From IMG/VR virus record IMGVR_UViG_3300042387_000948, positions 143,030 to 207,029 of that record: a DNA stretch of 64,000 nt. One strand, given 5' to 3'. A program made the position numbers and the translations under genes. Under the pieces are notes generated by a model. The model ran no database searches. It was given only the letters and a program-made list of their open reading frames with translations, and was not told the origin of the DNA. Positions 62,655 to 64,000 of this stretch are shown here, piece after piece; position 1 is the stretch's first letter, and every line of letters starts with the position of its first letter.

Positions 62655-63809
62655 TTATCCGATATAAATTGCTAATGGTACTTTTCTCAACATTTCTTGA
62701 TGTTGATTTGCCTCATTATTTCTATTTTCAAATTGAACTTTTCTGCTCAACTCTTCTAAATTTTCTCTTAATTGAGTCATTAGAGCTTCTTTCTCCGTTT
62801 GGGCTTCTGCTCTCAATGCCGCACCATCCAATGATACTTCGGAACCGGGTATGGGTATAGTAGAATACTTTTCTCTAACTGCTCCCAACAATTCTTTAAC
62901 TAATGAAAGAGTATATTTTCTAATCCATTGTTTACCTACATCATTGATATCAGAATATTGAATAAAATCATATCCTACATTTGAATAATCTGCAACTACA
63001 TCCGATTGTACACCAACTGAATTTTCTATAAAATCTTTTCTCACATAATAGTCTATCCAAAGTTCTTTTATAGTTGATGCTGCTGGTCTTGGGAATATTG
63101 TCAATTTATTATCCACAATATTGAATGTATGTGCGGATTTTCTTATCAGGTCATTGAATTCTATTTGTTGAATACGAAGTAAATCCTCAAATATTGGCAT
63201 TAACACAAATTGTGCAGCCGGAGAGAATGAACCAAAACCAAATTCATCAATTAAGTTCAATGTACCTTGTCCACTTACTGAATAAGGGTCAAAGAAACGA
63301 GAGATTGCTGGTGTTACTTCAAAATATACTTTTGCTATATCAATTGGTTCTCCATTTTCATCAGGAACTGCAATCAATTGATGTAAATCGTAGACTTGCT
63401 GTGAACCAGTCAACATTATTTTTACCTTTTTGTATTCTGTCTTACCACCTGCCCCAACTAATGTACCATAGGCATCAGAAATAGTTACTAATTGTCCTAA
63501 ATTACTACCATTTACTAATTTTTGAGAATAGTTTGTTCCAGCCGCCTTACCTTTTAAGGTCTCCAGATTATTTCGTATATTAAATTGATTAACTTGTGCT
63601 CCATATTCAGATGTTGCCTCTTCAAAACATGCGTAGAAGTTTTCATCTACCAATTCCACATTTTGGATTGGATAACCTAATCTTCTAGCACACCATAAAG
63701 CAACCTTTGGAGCATCCGATTGAAATGTATAATCATTATCATATATTTCAAAAGGTGTTTGACCGGGAAAGAATGATGATGAACCGGGATATATTAATTC
63801 TTGTGCCAT
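62655..63809 (-). CDS. Neck / head-tail adaptor (gp13-like)
   Basis: RRLGYPIQNVEL, WIRKYTLSLVKELLG.VR.KY, V.LDG..L..EA..EK..L, final IYIG. Confidence 0.85.
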   Translation of the reverse strand: MAQELIYPGSSSFFPGQTPFEIYDNDYTFQSDAPKVALWCARRLGYPIQNVELVDENFYACFEEATSEYGAQVNQFNIRNNLETLKGKAAGTNYSQKLVNGSNLGQLVTISDAYGTLVGAGGKTEYKKVKIMLTGSQQVYDLHQLIAVPDENGEPIDIAKVYFEVTPAISRFFDPYSVSGQGTLNLIDEFGFGSFSPAAQFVLMPIFEDLLRIQQIEFNDLIRKSAHTFNIVDNKLTIFPRPAASTIKELWIDYYVRKDFIENSVGVQSDVVADYSNVGYDFIQYSDINDVGKQWIRKYTLSLVKELLGAVREKYSTIPIPGSEVSLDGAALRAEAQTEKEALMTQLRENLEELSRKVQFENRNNEANQHQEMLRKVPLAIYIG

Positions 63810-63877
63810 TTATATGTCTTCGTAATTGATGTTACATATAAATATAAAGAATAAAAAGAATAGTATTTGGAATGGGA

Positions 63878-64000
63878 TTATAATCCATAACGAGTTTTAG
63901 TTGCGTTATAATTTTGTAGTACTTCCGTAGCACTTAATCCTTTTGTATAGAAATAAGCTGCTCCTATTTTACCATTCAAATAAGGAGAACTAACACCAGC
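63878..64000 (-). CDS. C-terminal end of a LamG/ConA-like domain protein (partial)
   Basis: Manual translation: ...YLNGKIGAAYFYTKGLSATEVLQNYNATKTRYGL-stop. Confidence 0.7.
   Translation of the reverse strand, partial: AGVSSPYLNGKIGAAYFYTKGLSATEVLQNYNATKTRYGL

Larger units (their letters stand above)
3702..63844 (-). promoter_or_regulatory. Dispersed TATTTAT(A/T) motif, putative phage late promoter (about 15 intergenic copies)
   Basis: Plus-strand (t/a)ataaata at about 3703, 8291, 9599, 10986, 13911 (variant), 14646, 25103, 26151, 26753, 29161, 31407, 38883, 50247, 50265 and 63837, each upstream of a minus-strand start codon. Confidence 0.65.

Noticed and set aside
1-64000. Stop-codon reassignment, as in some large Bacteroidota phages
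   Set aside because: Genes are full length in the standard code, and TAA, TAG and TGA all appear as genuine stops

Overview
A 64 kb, AT-rich segment of a large T4-like contractile-tailed (myovirus) phage genome. Every credible gene is on the minus strand. In transcription order (right to left) it carries neck and tail-completion genes, three giant fibre or virion proteins (3067, 3322 and 2242 aa) with small partner and chaperone genes, tail sheath, tail tube, a tail-chaperone pair with a probable frameshift, tape measure and baseplate genes. These are followed by a complete tmRNA, a miniature family-A polymerase, a secreted nuclease, a PAP2 phosphatase, probable internal head proteins, a GH19 endolysin and a replication and nucleotide block (SSB, RecA/UvsX, 5'-3' exonuclease, helicase, NrdB, NrdA, thioredoxin). 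A Mom-like DNA-modification gene is truncated at the left edge. The host is inferred to be Bacteroidota from five TTTG-N20-TAnnTTTG promoters, A-rich leaders without Shine-Dalgarno sequences, and a signal peptide followed by Gln. The most striking observations are: (1) 15 tandem phycobiliprotein-like domains, each with an invariant C-x-R-D bilin-site motif, in the 3067-aa virion protein; (2) a [S/T]-[G/A/S]-S motif that pervades external virion proteins, together with proline-free (Gly-Thr-Ser)n tracts, suggesting virion-wide modification; (3) cupredoxin-like domains in fibres; (4) a TATTTAT(A/T) upstream motif that is the reverse complement of the T4 late promoter; (5) an unusually long 26-aa tmRNA tag. 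All homology calls come from motif recognition by eye; no searches were run.
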